Under the pieces are notes generated by a model. It ran no database searches, was not told the DNA's origin, and worked only from the letters and a program-made list of their open reading frames with translations. From positions 3,474,001 to 3,538,000 of the forward strand of contig CM052816.1 of NCBI GenBank assembly GCA_028534125.1: a stretch of DNA of 64,000 bases, given 5' to 3'. Position 1 is the stretch's first letter. Each line of letters starts with the position of its first letter. The DNA comes from Lama glama. Taxonomy: Eukaryota. A program made the translations under genes and the position numbers. Shown piece by piece: positions 41,321 through 54,805 of the stretch.

Positions 41321-42689
41321 TCTTTTGTGTGTGATTTTTTTTAACTACTAGTAGTTTAAACTAATAGTTAAACTAGTAGTTTAAAAAAAATCCCACCCAG
41401 GAAACAGGCAACGAGTGACAAAATTACAAACTTGGGGAAGTTACGAAAGCTTTTTAAAATATCTCCCCACAGTCGTTCTCTATCCACTATTAGAGTAAAT
41501 CCGACATTCTGAAAACTTTTCACGGACTCCTTTTTCCATGACTCTACAGAACTCTGGGTTATTGGTTTTATTCCTGTGAGTGGACATCTTTAATCTTCTG
41601 ATGCCTCCAAGTTGTTCTGTCCTTCTCAGTTCACTCAATCTTGGGAGGCTCCGCGCTATAATTTAGGCTTGGAAATCGCGTTATGCCTGCAAAAGAGCCG
41701 TAGTTGAGTTTGCTATGCAAGAGCTTCCTGGTTTGTATTATTTATTTGATAAGACACCTCCCAGTGTATATTTCCTGCTTCACTGCCCTCGTCTACTTTT
41801 GAAGTGTGTGGACATCATCTGAAGAAGCCCAGACTGGGGCAGCAAATCCTCACCTCCACTCTGAGCCTGCCTAGAAATGGAGCTCAGAGATGTGGAGTGA
41901 CTTTCCTAAGATCACACAGCGAGGCAGAGGGAAAGCTGTGACTCACTCCTGGATTTCCGGGCTTTTCAACTTGGGCCCATGAACTCCTGGGGAGGGGTTC
42001 TCTGTGGAAAACTGGGAAACTGAAGACGTTGAGGAACTGAGGTCCGGAAAGGGCCAGCGAGTTGCAAGAGGCTTGTAGTGAGTTAGGAAGACCTCTGAGA
42101 CCAGGCCAGTCAGCTCTGCTCCCAGGTAATCTTGACCTTCGTCCCAGGACTGCAGCCCCTGTCTCTCACCAGAACTGTCCTGAGGGCAGATTTTCATATT
42201 TCCTCAGGTTCACTTTTTCTCAGTCCTCTAGGTGGATCATTACAGTCATCAAAAAGCATGAGGTCCAAGCTGTAGAATGGTTTGAAATTTAATGCATCTA
42301 AACATGCATGAGGACGTGGCTGTCCACCCAGTAAAACTGGAAAAAAAAAAAAAGGAACATTGCTCTGGTAATAGTAACATTTTCCTTTCCTTGAGAATTC
42401 TTATAGTAGCTTTCCCTTGGTCCCAGGGTTAGGATGGTAGGGGGGGCAGGGGTGTGGGAAGGGGGTACTTTTAGGAGCATTTGTTCTCTTACTGTCTCTT
42501 TCTGTTTTACGAAGCTTCAAGGTCCAGAGCAAGCTAGCCTTTCCATGAAATCAAAAGATTTTCAAGGAGAAAAGTGGTTGGAGATGGGGTTGTGTATTTT
42601 CATATTGGCATTTGGCTTGGATACATGGAAATAGGCAACATGGTATTTGGTAAAGGCCCTTCAAATCTATCATGCATTAAACGTGGCTT

Positions 42690-43590
42690 ATCTCGTTGCT
42701 TCTCTGAGCATGGCCCAGAACATATAAACATGAGTCAGTTGTGACCTCTGTTCTTAAAGGAGTCACACTTCAGTGGGATAGACAGGCTTGTGCACAGCAA
42801 ACAATCATCCAGTGAGCTTTGTTTGGGGATAGAAGCATAAGTTACCCTGGAGGGCCCAAAGAAGGGAGAGATGGACTCTAACTTGGAAAGGAGGGCCAGG
42901 ATGATTTCACTCGGTGATCTTTGAATTGGTTCTTTAAGAATGAGAACATTTCATTGAGCAGAAGAGGGTGAACAGGTAGGGGGAACAGATGAGCAAAGCT
43001 AGGGGCTTTCCTCTTATAAGAGCTTGAAATCTTTGGAGATTGTTTAATAGTCTAGTTTAGAGGAGACAGGAAGCTAGAAATGGCCGAGGTTCTTAAAGGA
43101 CTTGACTGATGGGCTGAAGAATTTAGATTTCATTCCAGGGTCACGAAGACCACTCATGCTTTTTGAGTAGGGGATGATATTTTCAATTCTGCTTTAGGAA
43201 AAATCATTCTGGCGAGAGTGTGGAAGATGTATTAGAGGAAAGTAAGCCTGGAGGCACAGAGGCTCCCCAGGAGTCTCCTGCAATAATTCAGGCTGGAGAT
43301 GAGTGTCTAGACTAGAATGATGGCAGCAGTAACAACAGAGAAGGAGCAGACTCAAAACCATTTAGGAATTCGAACCAAGAGGACTTGGTGACAGGAGTAA
43401 GAATGAAGGATGATTGATTCTCTGTACCTGGGAGATTAGATCCATGTGATGGGGTCACTGATGGTAAAGGAACCCCAGGAGGAAGACTGAAATTTATTTG
43501 GGAGATCTTGAGTTTGGAGTGCCTCTGGGAAACATCTAAGCGGCAGTTGGAAATGTGGGGCTGGGGTGATTTATGAATACCTTGGTAGGG
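42690..43590. mobile_element. L2 LINE remnant
   Basis: Purine-rich L2-like text (aaaatcattctggc...gtgtggaagatg, gagtttggagtgcctctgggaaacatctaag). Similar remnants occur at ~8800-9540 and ~34750-35340. Boundaries approximate. Confidence 0.6.
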
Positions 43591-45964
43591 ACTGAGTGTC
43601 TTTGATGGTGAGCACCTCCCTCTGATCAAACAATAATTACTATGGCGATTCACACTGTAAGTGCTGGATGGGGACTTGCCACTATACCAACACTTTTATA
43701 CATGTTATCTCATAAGGGGGAGTTCAGGGGTATCCATCTAATGTTGAGTCTCTGATAATAAATGAGTGTTATTGAGTTCTTTTCATAGGCCAATGCTGGG
43801 CCTTCACCTCACTGTTAGCCATCACCCCGATCTGTGAGGAAGATTCTATCACTACATTCATTACAATCGAGAAGAATCTGAGGTTTGGAGAGGTTAAGAA
43901 ATTTGCCAGAGAACTCCAGTCTCTTGGTTTTTAAAACTGAGCTCTTAAACACTTTATTCTATTGTAGCAGAGGGAGTAATGGAAGCTCTGTGGCATTGCC
44001 TAAGATACTGTGTGAGATGACATGGGCATGAAGGCTTGCAAATGCAGATGCCCCCACCTCCGTACAGGATCAGCTACATGGGGAGAGGGTCTAGTGGAAG
44101 CAGAAAAGCTGGCTAAGGAGGCAGAGAGGGAGACAGCAAAAGTAGAAAGGGGTCCCGGAGCAAAGGTTATGGAGGGTGTCGTTAAATATTAGGAAATTCT
44201 AAAGGCCAGTCAAGTAAGATGAGGCACTTAGAAAGGTGGTTGTGAACCATGGCTGGGGGGACCATTAAAGGAACAGTGTTAGTTCTGTGGTAGACACCTG
44301 GAAGTCCAAAGATGGGCAGCTATTAGAGAATAAATGTTAGGTATTCTTTCCAGGAGTTGGAGGGTGAATATTTAGAGAGGAGTCAGGGTAGAGAGAGAAG
44401 GTTTGTCCTGATATAGGCGAAGGGGAGGCAAACTCAGAAACGGAGCAATTTGGTCTAGAAATGGAGATAAGAGAAAAGGGTGAGGATAGAAATAAATGGA
44501 GGTAGAGAGCAGTCAGAGCTCATGCTGACCGCCCAGGGATGTGGGGGAAGACTGGGGGACCAAGAACTCTGACATCAGCCGGTCTATCTGTGCCAGACCC
44601 AGCCGTGGGCCGGAACCACAGGGAGCTTAGTGAGAACACAGATGTTCCTACCCCATTCAAGACTTGCAGAACGAGGACCTCTGGAGGTGGGTCCAAGAAA
44701 TGGTGTGTTTAACACTTTCGCAGGAGATTCTTTTGAAGCTAGTCCAGCCCAGCCCTGGCCCCAAGAGGGCACTTAGGAATTGCTGGTGTAGTACACTCGC
44801 CTGATTCTACACGGATGGAAGCTGAGGCACAGAGGCATGAAAAAAGTTCCAAGAGGAGAGGAAGTCGGTCCTAGGTAGGAGTCTCCTCTGGCTTCCGGAT
44901 CAGAGCTCTTTCCCCTACACTGCACTATTGAACTGAAGATGGAGTGAAGCCCCACCGGAACTCAGTGCTCTCTGGTCCTCAAGTGATCAAGGGCACAAAG
45001 AACTTGGAAGAGGAACTGCCATTCTCAGTACAAGTTCAGCAGAAGGAACAGGACGAAGGCAGGGGAATGAAGTAAAGCTCATTTTCACTCTCAAATGCCA
45101 TTGTTAGGAGGAAAGAAATTGGATGCAATTGATTTCAAAGTCAACATCTTTCGTGAGGCATTAGCCGATTTATCTTATCTCTCTTGCCCAGTGCTGTTCA
45201 CAGGCTGGAATCAGCTGGTAGCCCGGCAGTCTAGGGATAAAGGAAAAGGATGAAAAGTGGATTCTCATGGTTTCTCTCACAATAGCATTATATTCTAACA
45301 ACCATACCAAAAAAATTTTTTTATTAATAAAGTTGGAATTGAATCCATGTAATTCTAGCATCTAGCAAGCAGCTCACCTTCAGAAAGGTCAACCAAATAA
45401 GATGAGAGAAAGTCGCCAAGCTTTAAGAGAGGCATGGCCATGGCAGGGTGAACAGAGAAAGCAAAGTCGGGCACCACGGAAGCTGAACATGGAGCTGGCC
45501 CTAAGATGGGTCCTCGTGAGTGCTCAACCAGGTAAGCTGGGTGACCACCACCCTGCAGACCCAAATGTCTCTCTGACACCAAGTCAGGTGGTGGAGAGAG
45601 ACCCCTGGCTTCACAGGAGGCTCAGATCAGTGGATAAACCTCAGTGAGCTCTGTGATGAGGTGAAGTGTCTGTTCTCCCCACTGGGAACGAATGAACAAA
45701 GGTACTGATGCCCTTTGGCAAGAACCTACCAACACTTGTGGACTGCTGACCCTTGTGGTGCCCTGCAGTACCGCAGAAGGGAACACAAGTGGAATTTGCA
45801 ATCAGACATCATTGTTCAGTCGTTTTACCAGCAACCATCACTAGCTGTGCAGCCTTGAGCAAGATATAGGACCTCTCTGAGCTTCAGTTTACTCCCCTTC
45901 CAATAATTTGGCCCAAGTTTCTTTGCCCCATAGATTCATTTCAAAGTTCAAATGTGGCAGTAGT

Positions 45965-46166
45965 GAGAAGGGTGTATCTCAGTGGGAGGGCGTGTGCCTA
46001 GCAAGCACGAGGTCCTCCTCCCGGGTTCAGTCCCCAGGACCTCCATACGCATGGCTGGGACATGCTGCTGCACACCAGAAATTGGCACATTGTAACTGAC
46101 TATACTTCAATTTTCAAAATAAGGAAATAAATAAAAACCCCATTACCTCCCCCCAAAATAAAATAA
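45965..46166 (+). mobile_element. Vic-1-like SINE interrupted by an L1 3'-terminal fragment
   Basis: SINE head (gggtgtatctcagtgg...gggttcagtccccaggacctcca), then the L1 terminus tgctgcacaccagaaattggcacattgtaactgactatacttcaa (~46066-46110), then the SINE tail cattacctccccccaaaataaaa. Confidence 0.75.
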
Positions 46167-48361
46167 TTAATACATTTTGAATGTGCTAATAAATGTGGAG
46201 GGGCTTTGTGCATTTTCAGCTGCTTCCACTGCACTCATCATCGTTAACAGAAATAACAAAGGTCAGGATCTCCTTCCGGAAACCGCTCCCGCCTAGGCAG
46301 CGGGTAGGGGGAGGCTAGCGCTGCAGTCTGACCGGACCGCTTCCCATCGTGCCGCGGCATAGCGTGGTCGTTCCCCCTCCCGGCAGTGGTCTGTTCAGAG
46401 CAAGTGTGTGTGAGCTCTTGCTACATTGACCAAAGGCCACAGAGCGCAGAGGATAAGAGCCTGGGCTCCGTGGGTGGATAATTCTGGCTCTGGGCTTTGC
46501 GCTCTCCCTTCCTCGCTCTGTCCCGTGAGCCAGTTTCCTGACATCCGCCACAGCAGCGCCCCTGTGCGGTGAGAACAGTAATGGTACCCAGGGCAGAACA
46601 GTCTGCAATCACCCGTGCAGAGGAGCTTATTCTGTGCCTGACACATAGCAAGTGCTTGTTAGACGGTATCCATTTATTACTGCTGTCGTTAGACATCCAG
46701 AGGGTTCTCGGTGGAATGTGCCCCTCGCCACCTCCCTCAGTCGAGACTTACTGGTCGGCGGCTGTGGGCAGAGCAGTGCTAGGCACTGCCCTTCAGAGAG
46801 GAGTCCAGTGGGGAAGTCAGAGAGGGCTTGTCTGTGCTCCACCGAGACGGAGGTATGGGCACGTGAGAGCAGTAGCCTGAGGGGTGAACTCCAAGCTCTC
46901 ACAAAGATGAGGGGATTTTTGCCGCTGGCGCATCCTTGGAGGCAGTGGGAGGTTGAGGCCAAGTCTGGAACTGGGTGACTCTGAAATAATGGTGTTCCAG
47001 AATCTCTGATTCTCTTCTGTGACCTCGCCTGCGTGAAGTGTGAAGTCATCGCCGCGTTGCCTCCTTTTTATGCACCACTTTGGGTGCCTTCACAACTTGG
47101 TCTGTTTCCTTTCAAAATTAAAAAAAAAAATGGACTCAATTTTGCCCTTGGAGCTAATTCACTCGACTCACGTATGTAACACTCTGTGGGTTGATTTATT
47201 CAAGTGCATAGTTCTCTTTTTGATCATTCCACATATTAAAAGACGTGCAGAGGTCTCCAAAATTTAAAGGAAGTATGTGCATTCAATGAATGCGTGTTTC
47301 TGTTTTCAAAAAGGGTTTTGAAATTCCAGATCTGCCTGAGTGCTGCCTGGTAAGGTCGGATAGTGTGTCTTCTAGTCACTCCCTTTTTGACTTATTACTG
47401 TGAAACCTTGTGTGAGTGAAGAAATCTATATTTTAGTTTTTCTCTTTATTAAAAAAAAAAGGAGTCAGGATAATTTCGAATATCTCTCAAATCTAAAACA
47501 CTCAGACTGATTTTTGGTGCCTTTCGTTGACTTTTGGATTTTTTTTAAGACCATACCACAAGTGATCCAGAAGGGGGCAGCATTAGCCAACTGCACCCAG
47601 TGAAAGAAAAGAAACTTCTCTGTAGCCTTGAAGTTGTCACTTTAAAAACTGTAGGATTGTGTGAAGATTGTATCATTGAATTGACTTATTTCAGAACTAA
47701 ATTTGTTTTAAAAGTAGATACAGATGAGTCTCTACTCATCTGAATGATGATTCAGAGATGAGTCAACGTATGTAATACGAGTCTTAAAGTGTACCCACTG
47801 AGAAGATCGAGCTTTTGTTTCCAGGTGACATCTGGCGTGAAGCCCAATGGTTAGAGAGTTCATGTTTTCAGATAGGATTTGAATATGCTCTTTTTCTTTT
47901 CTCTCAGAGTGGTTACAATCAGGACTTTTGAGTCATTCAGAGTTGGGTTCAAATTTCCTTTTGCTGTCTGTGTTACCTTGGGTGAGCGATTGAAATTTTT
48001 TCCAGCCTCCGTTTTTACATCGGTAACATGGGTTTTCTAAGCCTTAAATGAAATAATTTACTTGAAGTGTTCATTATGCCAGAGCTGCAGTAGTGCGCGA
48101 TAAACTGATTCCGAGAGGAAGTCCCTAGTAATTTTGAAGCACATTTCTGCTAATGGGATGGAAACAGGGGTGAGATTTGAAAGGGATTTGTAAAAGATTT
48201 TTTGAGCCAAAAATCCAGTGCCCTTCCAGAATTACACACAGCACATTTGAATGAGAGAGTGGGGTCTAGTCGGCCACCTTAGGATGTCTTCCCAAACCCC
48301 AGGGTCTGAAGGACGTTCTGAAGGTTTAAGGTTGAAATTGTACTCAGATATAACACATTTA

Positions 48362-48461
48362 NNNNNNNNNNNNNNNNNNNNNNNNNNNNNNNNNNNNNNN
48401 NNNNNNNNNNNNNNNNNNNNNNNNNNNNNNNNNNNNNNNNNNNNNNNNNNNNNNNNNNNNN
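48362..48461. other. Assembly gap (100 N)
   Basis: Run of exactly 100 n characters. Confidence 0.99.
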
Positions 48462-48560
48462 CAACCTTAAAAATATGAAAACCCTTCTGGGCTCTCAGGC
48501 CGTGCAAAAACAGGCCTCAGGCTGTATTTGGCCCTCAGGCTGTGATCTGTTGGCCCTTGA
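48462..48560. mobile_element. MER58-type hAT-Charlie fragment abutting the gap
   Basis: taaaaatatgaaaacccttctgggctc...ggccgtgcaaaaacaggc...tttggccc... resembles the MER58B end. Confidence 0.6.
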
Positions 48561-49762
48561 TCTGCGCCGTCCAGAAACAGGACACATTCCTTCAAAAGGG
48601 CAGATGGGAGTGTATTTCGCTAGGTTTATTTTCCAGAGTGTACACCGAACATCAGCCCTTACCTTACTCGACGAGAAGGCCTTAGAAGGTAAAGATGGTG
48701 TTTTTGTACCTTAGTGTTAACATTTACTTTTGTTAACTTGATTTTTCAGGTTCCAAAATAACTCCATGCTCTTGTGACATAAAAAGTTAAGACACTATAA
48801 AGTCAAAGTTCTTTATATTCCAAACATTCCCCCAGCCCTTGCCCCAAATGATCAAGATGAAGAGATAATTACTGGGAACAGCTGGGGCTATATCCGCTCA
48901 GATCTGTTTTTTTTTTTTTTTCCCTTTAAAACAGAGTAACATCTCTTATTATTTTTTACAAAAATTTTCAAATTGTTTACAAAAGCATTCTCTATTCCTT
49001 TTAAAACTGGCTTTAAAATTCATTCCACATTTCTGTTCAACAAGTCTTTGCTGCAAGGTTACTATCATGCATGGATTAGATTGAATTGTGTGAAACTGCT
49101 AGTGTTGAAACCATTTTTTTAAAAAAAAACTTTTTGTTTTGAAATAATTTTAGGCTCATACAAACTTGCAAAAATAGTTGAGAGACATCTATACATTCCT
49201 CCAGCTTCCCCCAGTGGTAATATCTTACATTATTACAGTATATTATCAAAATCAAGACATTTGCATTGACACACTACAATTAAAGAGTCTACAAATTCTA
49301 CTTGGACTTCACCAGACCTCATTATTTTAAAAAATCAAATCATTTTTGACCTGTTAAGATAACTAATATTATATATCCTGTTACATCTTTAAATGTCAGT
49401 ACTCCGATCTAAAGAGGTGACTTTTCTCATAGCACCACAAAAGCCCTTCTTTGGCTGTGGGTTAATGAGTTTTTGACAGCTATCTTCAAAGTTTCACTTA
49501 GAGCATCACTGTGGCCTGGCTTCAGAGAAATGACACACACCCTAACAGCTGGCCCTTGACTGAGGCATCTTGCAGAGTTTCCAGTAATTAACACATGATA
49601 CACAGAATATTCTACAGTTAAAATTGTCATATTTGAGGAAATTTAGAAATTATACAGAAGTACTAATAAGAATAAAATTTAATTGCCTACAGTATTTCCA
49701 CTCAAAGTCAGATGTATTTAGCCTTTTAGTATTTCTTCTTCGTTTTCTTTAGGGAACAAGAA

Positions 49763-49763
<1 letters not shown>

Positions 49764-49802
<39 letters not shown>
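49764..49802. repeat. (TG)n microsatellite, about 19 units
   Basis: Directly visible pure TG run. Confidence 0.97.
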
Positions 49803-49804
<2 letters not shown>

Positions 49805-50509
49805 ATATACATGTAAGTATTTATGGACTCTTTCCCTTTTTAAGGGGATAGCTTTATACCTTAAAAAATTACTATGGAATGATAATTTTCTCAGATGATT
49901 CAAATTCTTTCTAACAAGTTATCCAGCAATCAAAAGATCAGAAAAGGACATAGGAGCTCAGCTGGCGAAGTACTGGCATTTTCAGATGAATAAACTGTGG
50001 CTCAGAGAGAGGAAACATCTTGCGCAAGGTCACAGGAAGTCTGGGTGAGATACTTAGTGGTGGTAAAATGTGAGGGAGGCCGTGTGGCAGCCTGACAGTG
50101 CTCTGAGGTCTGGGGTTAAGTTTTATAGGAATTCCCTTTTGTCAGAGAACCCATGCATACCCAGAACTCAAGAGCCTAAAATTAAACCAGCAAGCCAATG
50201 TACTCATTTGCAGTGAGAACTCTAGCTACCAAGGGGTCCGCATTTTGGTATTTTTTTAATGTAAAGAAAATCTGGTATTCATCAGAAGCGTTGGTCAGTA
50301 CATGGACCTGGGAAAAGCATGGTTAACGTTAAGATTCTTTTATTGTTGTTGTTACACTTTAATTCATTTTAAGATGGATAATACACACACGTGGCAAAAG
50401 TACAAAGCGTACAAAACATTTTTCACTAAAAAGTCAATCTTCCTTTTGTCCCTGGTGCCCGTCCCCAGAGCCACCATTGTCTTGGAAGATCTTAGAGACC
50501 GGTGTCTCT

Positions 50510-50945
50510 GTGTTAGTTTTCTGTTGCTGCTGTGACAACTTACCAGCATGGTAGTGGCTTGAAACAACACAGATTGATCTTATTCTGGAGGTCCGAAGTC
50601 CTAACGTCAAGGTGTTGGCAGGGCTGCGTGCCTTCTGAATTCTCTAGGGGAGAGTCTATTTCCTTGCCTTTTCCAGCTTCTATGGGCCACTTGCTTTCCT
50701 TGGCCTTTTACCCCTTCCACCACCTTTCAGCCGCAACGTAGCAGCCTCAGATCTCCGTTTTCCTCTGACCTCTTCTTGCACATCACATATCCTGACTTTG
50801 ATCCCTTCTGGATAGCCCAGGATAATCCCCCCGATTCGAAATCCTTCCCTGAATCACACTGCGAAGTCTCACCACGTAAGGCAACATATCACAAATTCCG
50901 AAGGTTGGGACATGGACACTTTTGGCTGTCATTACTCTGCCTCCC
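50510..50945 (-). mobile_element. MLT1 (MaLR) LTR
   Basis: gtgttagttttctgttgctgctgtgacaacttacca...gtggcttgaaacaacac...ggacatggacacttttgg. Confidence 0.75.
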
Positions 50946-51643
50946 ATGGTTTCCGCATGACTCATTCTTCCTCTCTTGACCAGATTAGCAATGTATTATT
51001 AGTAGTAAAACATTTCTTGATCATTTGTTCAAACACACCCCCGTATTAGTATGTCCATTATATTTCCCAAATAAATATTTCAAGGATGCAATTTAATTAC
51101 ATGTAAACGGAAGCTCTCATTTTCCCCATCCCTAATGGATTGACTTGCACAGTCAGCGTAAGCACTGAACCCTCTGCTCCGGACTATTTGTTTTCTAGAT
51201 TCAGTGCAAATCGTTATAGTGAACATTCGTTCTTGCCTCAGTGGGACGTGCTATTTACCTGGTACAATTATGCTTGAACTCCAGTCTAATAAAGTTGTTA
51301 AGAGCATAGGTGTCGACAGCAGTCAGACAGGTTCACATCCCAGCTTCACCACCCATGACCTGTCTGCCCTAGGTCATTCCTCAGCCCTCTGAACCTCAGT
51401 TTTTTCACTGGCAGGATGGGGTAGCGTCTGACCCGCAGAGTTGTTCCTGAGGACTGAGTGTTCAATGGGATGTTAGTAATAAGATGATACTGGAGTGATG
51501 CTCTTTTGCGCTTAACGCCAGGCCTTTCAATTCCATTTGTTCTTAGAGTAAACATAAGCTCAGAGCCCATTTCCTGACTCTTAGGCTGGTCACGCCCATT
51601 GAAGGCCACTCACTTTCTTCGTATGTCGACTTCTTTTCATTCC

Positions 51644-52110
51644 TGTATCGGTTACCCAGGGCTGCGGTAACAAGTATCACAAACCAGGTGGCTTCAAAGG
51701 ACAGAAATTTTAAAAAGAAAAAAAGGGAGTGGGGCAGAAATTTATTCTTTCACAGCTCTCAGGCTGGAAGTCTGAGATCCAGGTGTCGGCAGAGGCATGT
51801 TCTCTCTGAAGGCTCTAGAGGGAAATACTTCCTTGCCTCTTCCAGCTTCTGGTGCTGCAGGGATTCCTTAATTTATGGCAGCATCACTCCAGTCTCTGCC
51901 TCCGTCTTCTTGTAAACTTCTCTCTGTGTGTCTCTGTGTCCTCTTCTCTTCCTATGAAGATACCAGCTATTGGATTTAGGGCCCCTCCAAAATCTTGTAT
52001 GATTTCATCTCAAGATCCTTAACGAATTACATTGGCAGAGACCCTATTTCTAGATAAGGTCACAATCTGAGGTTCTGATTGAACACGATTTGGGGCTGGG
52101 GAGATCATCA
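51644..52110 (-). mobile_element. MLT1 (MaLR) LTR
   Basis: tgtatcggttacccagggctgcggtaacaagtatcacaaac...cagagaccctatttctagataaggtcaca. Confidence 0.8.
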
Positions 52111-54758
52111 TTGAAATGCTTCACCTCTCACAGAATTGCTTTTCGTGCAAGTGCTCAGCAGCCCTTGCCTTTGCCTGAACTTGCTCATGGCAGAGTTCAG
52201 GGCTTTGGAAATGTAAGGCCCAGGAGAACCCAGACGACACGACGACCAAGAGTCGTAACTTGTCTAACTCCCACCCTCTAGCCGTTAGCATCGCTGTTTT
52301 TCACTGGGAAGAAAAATCACCATCAGTGTGTGCTTCTTGTTGCTGTTTGGTGTACAACACTGCAGCCTTGTGAGCACTTCCATTGGGCTTTTGGCATTTT
52401 GAGGAGGAGGAGAAAAAGTCCTGTTTGGTATCACTCAGCAGTGTTTGTGTTCACAAGATGTCTCTCCCCTTGGACGATTCTAATCTCCAATACAGATGAG
52501 CTACGACAAAACTGCCCCAGGCTGGCTTTCCTCTTTGACGGTTTCCGTTTCAGGCTTATCCATCACAAATGATTGTAATACAACAGGATTTTGACAGAAC
52601 AGGGTTGAAACTGTGAATACTTGCCTGCAGTTTCCAGCTCCAGGAGATAATGGCAGGGAGAAAAACATCGGAAACTGCGTTGTAGGATATGAACACAAGC
52701 CGAGTCTCCCCTCTGAGGGTGTGCTCCCGGGCAGTCAGCAAATCCCTTCCCCTGTCGAACAAATAAGCTCTCTTGTACCAAACTATGAGCCTCCAGGAAT
52801 CTATCACATTCCTCCTTTTGCCTTGAGTGCGAGGAAGCATGGGGGCAAAAGTGACCCATTTCAGTTATTTCTAGCCTAGATAGGTGTTACCTTCGGCTGG
52901 TCTACGTGTGGCTTTCTGTTCTGCTTCTATGGGAGGTTTCACTAGACGCATGACTTTGCATCCTTCCTGGACAGTCTCCGGGCCTGGCTCCGGGGTGCTG
53001 CGCTCACCTTCTGCCCTCTGCCCATTTCTTCCTCCTTCTCCTCTGCCTGCCTGTTACGTGCTGGGGTTTCTCGGGGTTCCTGCTGCTCTCTCTCTCTCTC
53101 TGGACATGCAGCCCTTGGGTTTCTTACACATTCTGAGGATGCTGTCTGCTCCCTGGATACTGGGTCTCCTCAATCAGTATCTCCATCTCCAACCTTTTGG
53201 TAAGTTTGATTCTGTTTCAGATCCATCAGCCGCTTGTTATGCAAATACTGTTTGCCCATCTGACCCTCAGGTACCTTAAGCTCAGTGACTCTGAATTTGA
53301 GCTCATGCGCTTTCTCCCCCTGCCTCGCTGCTTCTGCTCTTCCCGGTCTTCAGGGACCGTTGAGGCAATGGCATGGTGTCTCAAGAAGGGAATTTTGAGT
53401 TATCTAAGCCTCCCATCTCTTTCTCGCCCCACATACCCTCTTGATCTCTCTCCTAGGCATTTCTGGAATCCGTCTCTTTCCCTTCATTCTTCTAGCTCTG
53501 AACTTCAGACCTGGAGTCAGATGATAATCGCATCTTGGCTGTTCTCTTATCCTTCTAACGGGACCGTAGCCTGCTTAAAACATCTCTGTGGTTACCCACT
53601 GCTTACGGAATTAAAGGGAGACTTACCAACATGAAACAGAAGACCTTCCATGAGTCCGTCTCAGTCCCACCTCTGCCGCTCCCCGCTTCTCATTTACACC
53701 CTCAGTGACCCTTGCCAGTTGGATGCGAACCATCCTCTTCCCTGTTTCCATAGCTTTGTTGCTCTTCTACCTAAAATGCCTTCCGCATCTTGCTTTATTA
53801 ACTCTTACACAATCTTAGCTCAGATGCGACTCGGTCAACAAACACTTACTGAGCACCAAGTATGTGCCAGGCAGTGCTGGAGTCCCGTTGTTGAGCAGGC
53901 AGAGAGGACCGCTGTCCTTACGGAGCTTAATTTTGATAGCTGTCACTGGGTTGTGTGCCTCGCCCTCTGCCCACCCACCCCGGCAGTCTGTCCATCCTTA
54001 CCGTTGGCCTATTCGGCTGAAATAGCTTTCCGGTCTCCCTTCTCTAATGTGCTGTAAATTTCATGAGGGTGGAGCCATGCTGTCATTCATTTCTGCATTC
54101 TTAGTGCCTAGACTGCACTGAGCACTCAGTGGAGTCTCAGGATGTTTCCTTCGTTGAACTCAACTATCAGTTATGAATAAAGATTTCATGTCTCAGCTTA
54201 AATTTCCCGTCCTCCAGGATGCTTTCCTTGACACTGTGGAACATGTCAGCCACCCTTATGACATGCCCCTATGATATCATTTCTTCCCAGAATTTTGCAC
54301 AGTTGTTTTCTTCAAGTATTCACATTATTTGTTTCAATTTGGTTTTCTGTACTAAGTTGTAAATTCCACTGACAGAGTCGGTGGTACAGCTAACGTAATC
54401 CATGGCCTATAATAAATGCTTGATGAACATTTGTTACCTGGTAGACTGACAAGTTTTCTTGCTGGATAAACATCCTGAATGCATTGCTGGGGCTTACAGA
54501 AAATTTAGATCATTTGCCTGCTGCCTAATGCCTCACTCTACCCATCTATAAAATGGGGATGGTCCTATGGGATAGTATTAGATAGCAGATGAGCTTTAGA
54601 TAAAACCACATCAAAACAAATGTGCATAATTAAATTATATAAAAAAGAAAAGATGGGATTGAAAGATTAAATACATCCACTGAAATGTCAGTTTCAGGAT
54701 GTGGCATTCTGTTCTCTCACAGGAAATATAAACACTTTCTTCTCTTTCTCCTTCCTAG

Positions 54759-54805
54759 CATCTGAGACGATATTTTTTGTGCAACATGGAGTTGAATCAG
54801 AACAG
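54759..54805 (+). CDS. TIMD4: TIMD4 exon 6
   Basis: Acceptor ctttctccttcctag|, donor CAG|gtaaaa, 47 nt, phase 1 to 0 as needed to join exon 7. Encodes ASETIFFVQHGVESEQ, cf. human ASDT...GQ. Confidence 0.85.

Noticed and set aside
52556..54057. Cluster of 88-145 aa ORFs in intron 5
   Set aside because: No recognisable homology or convincing splice structure; the distal part overlaps pyrimidine-rich L2-like sequence, so these are consistent with chance ORFs.
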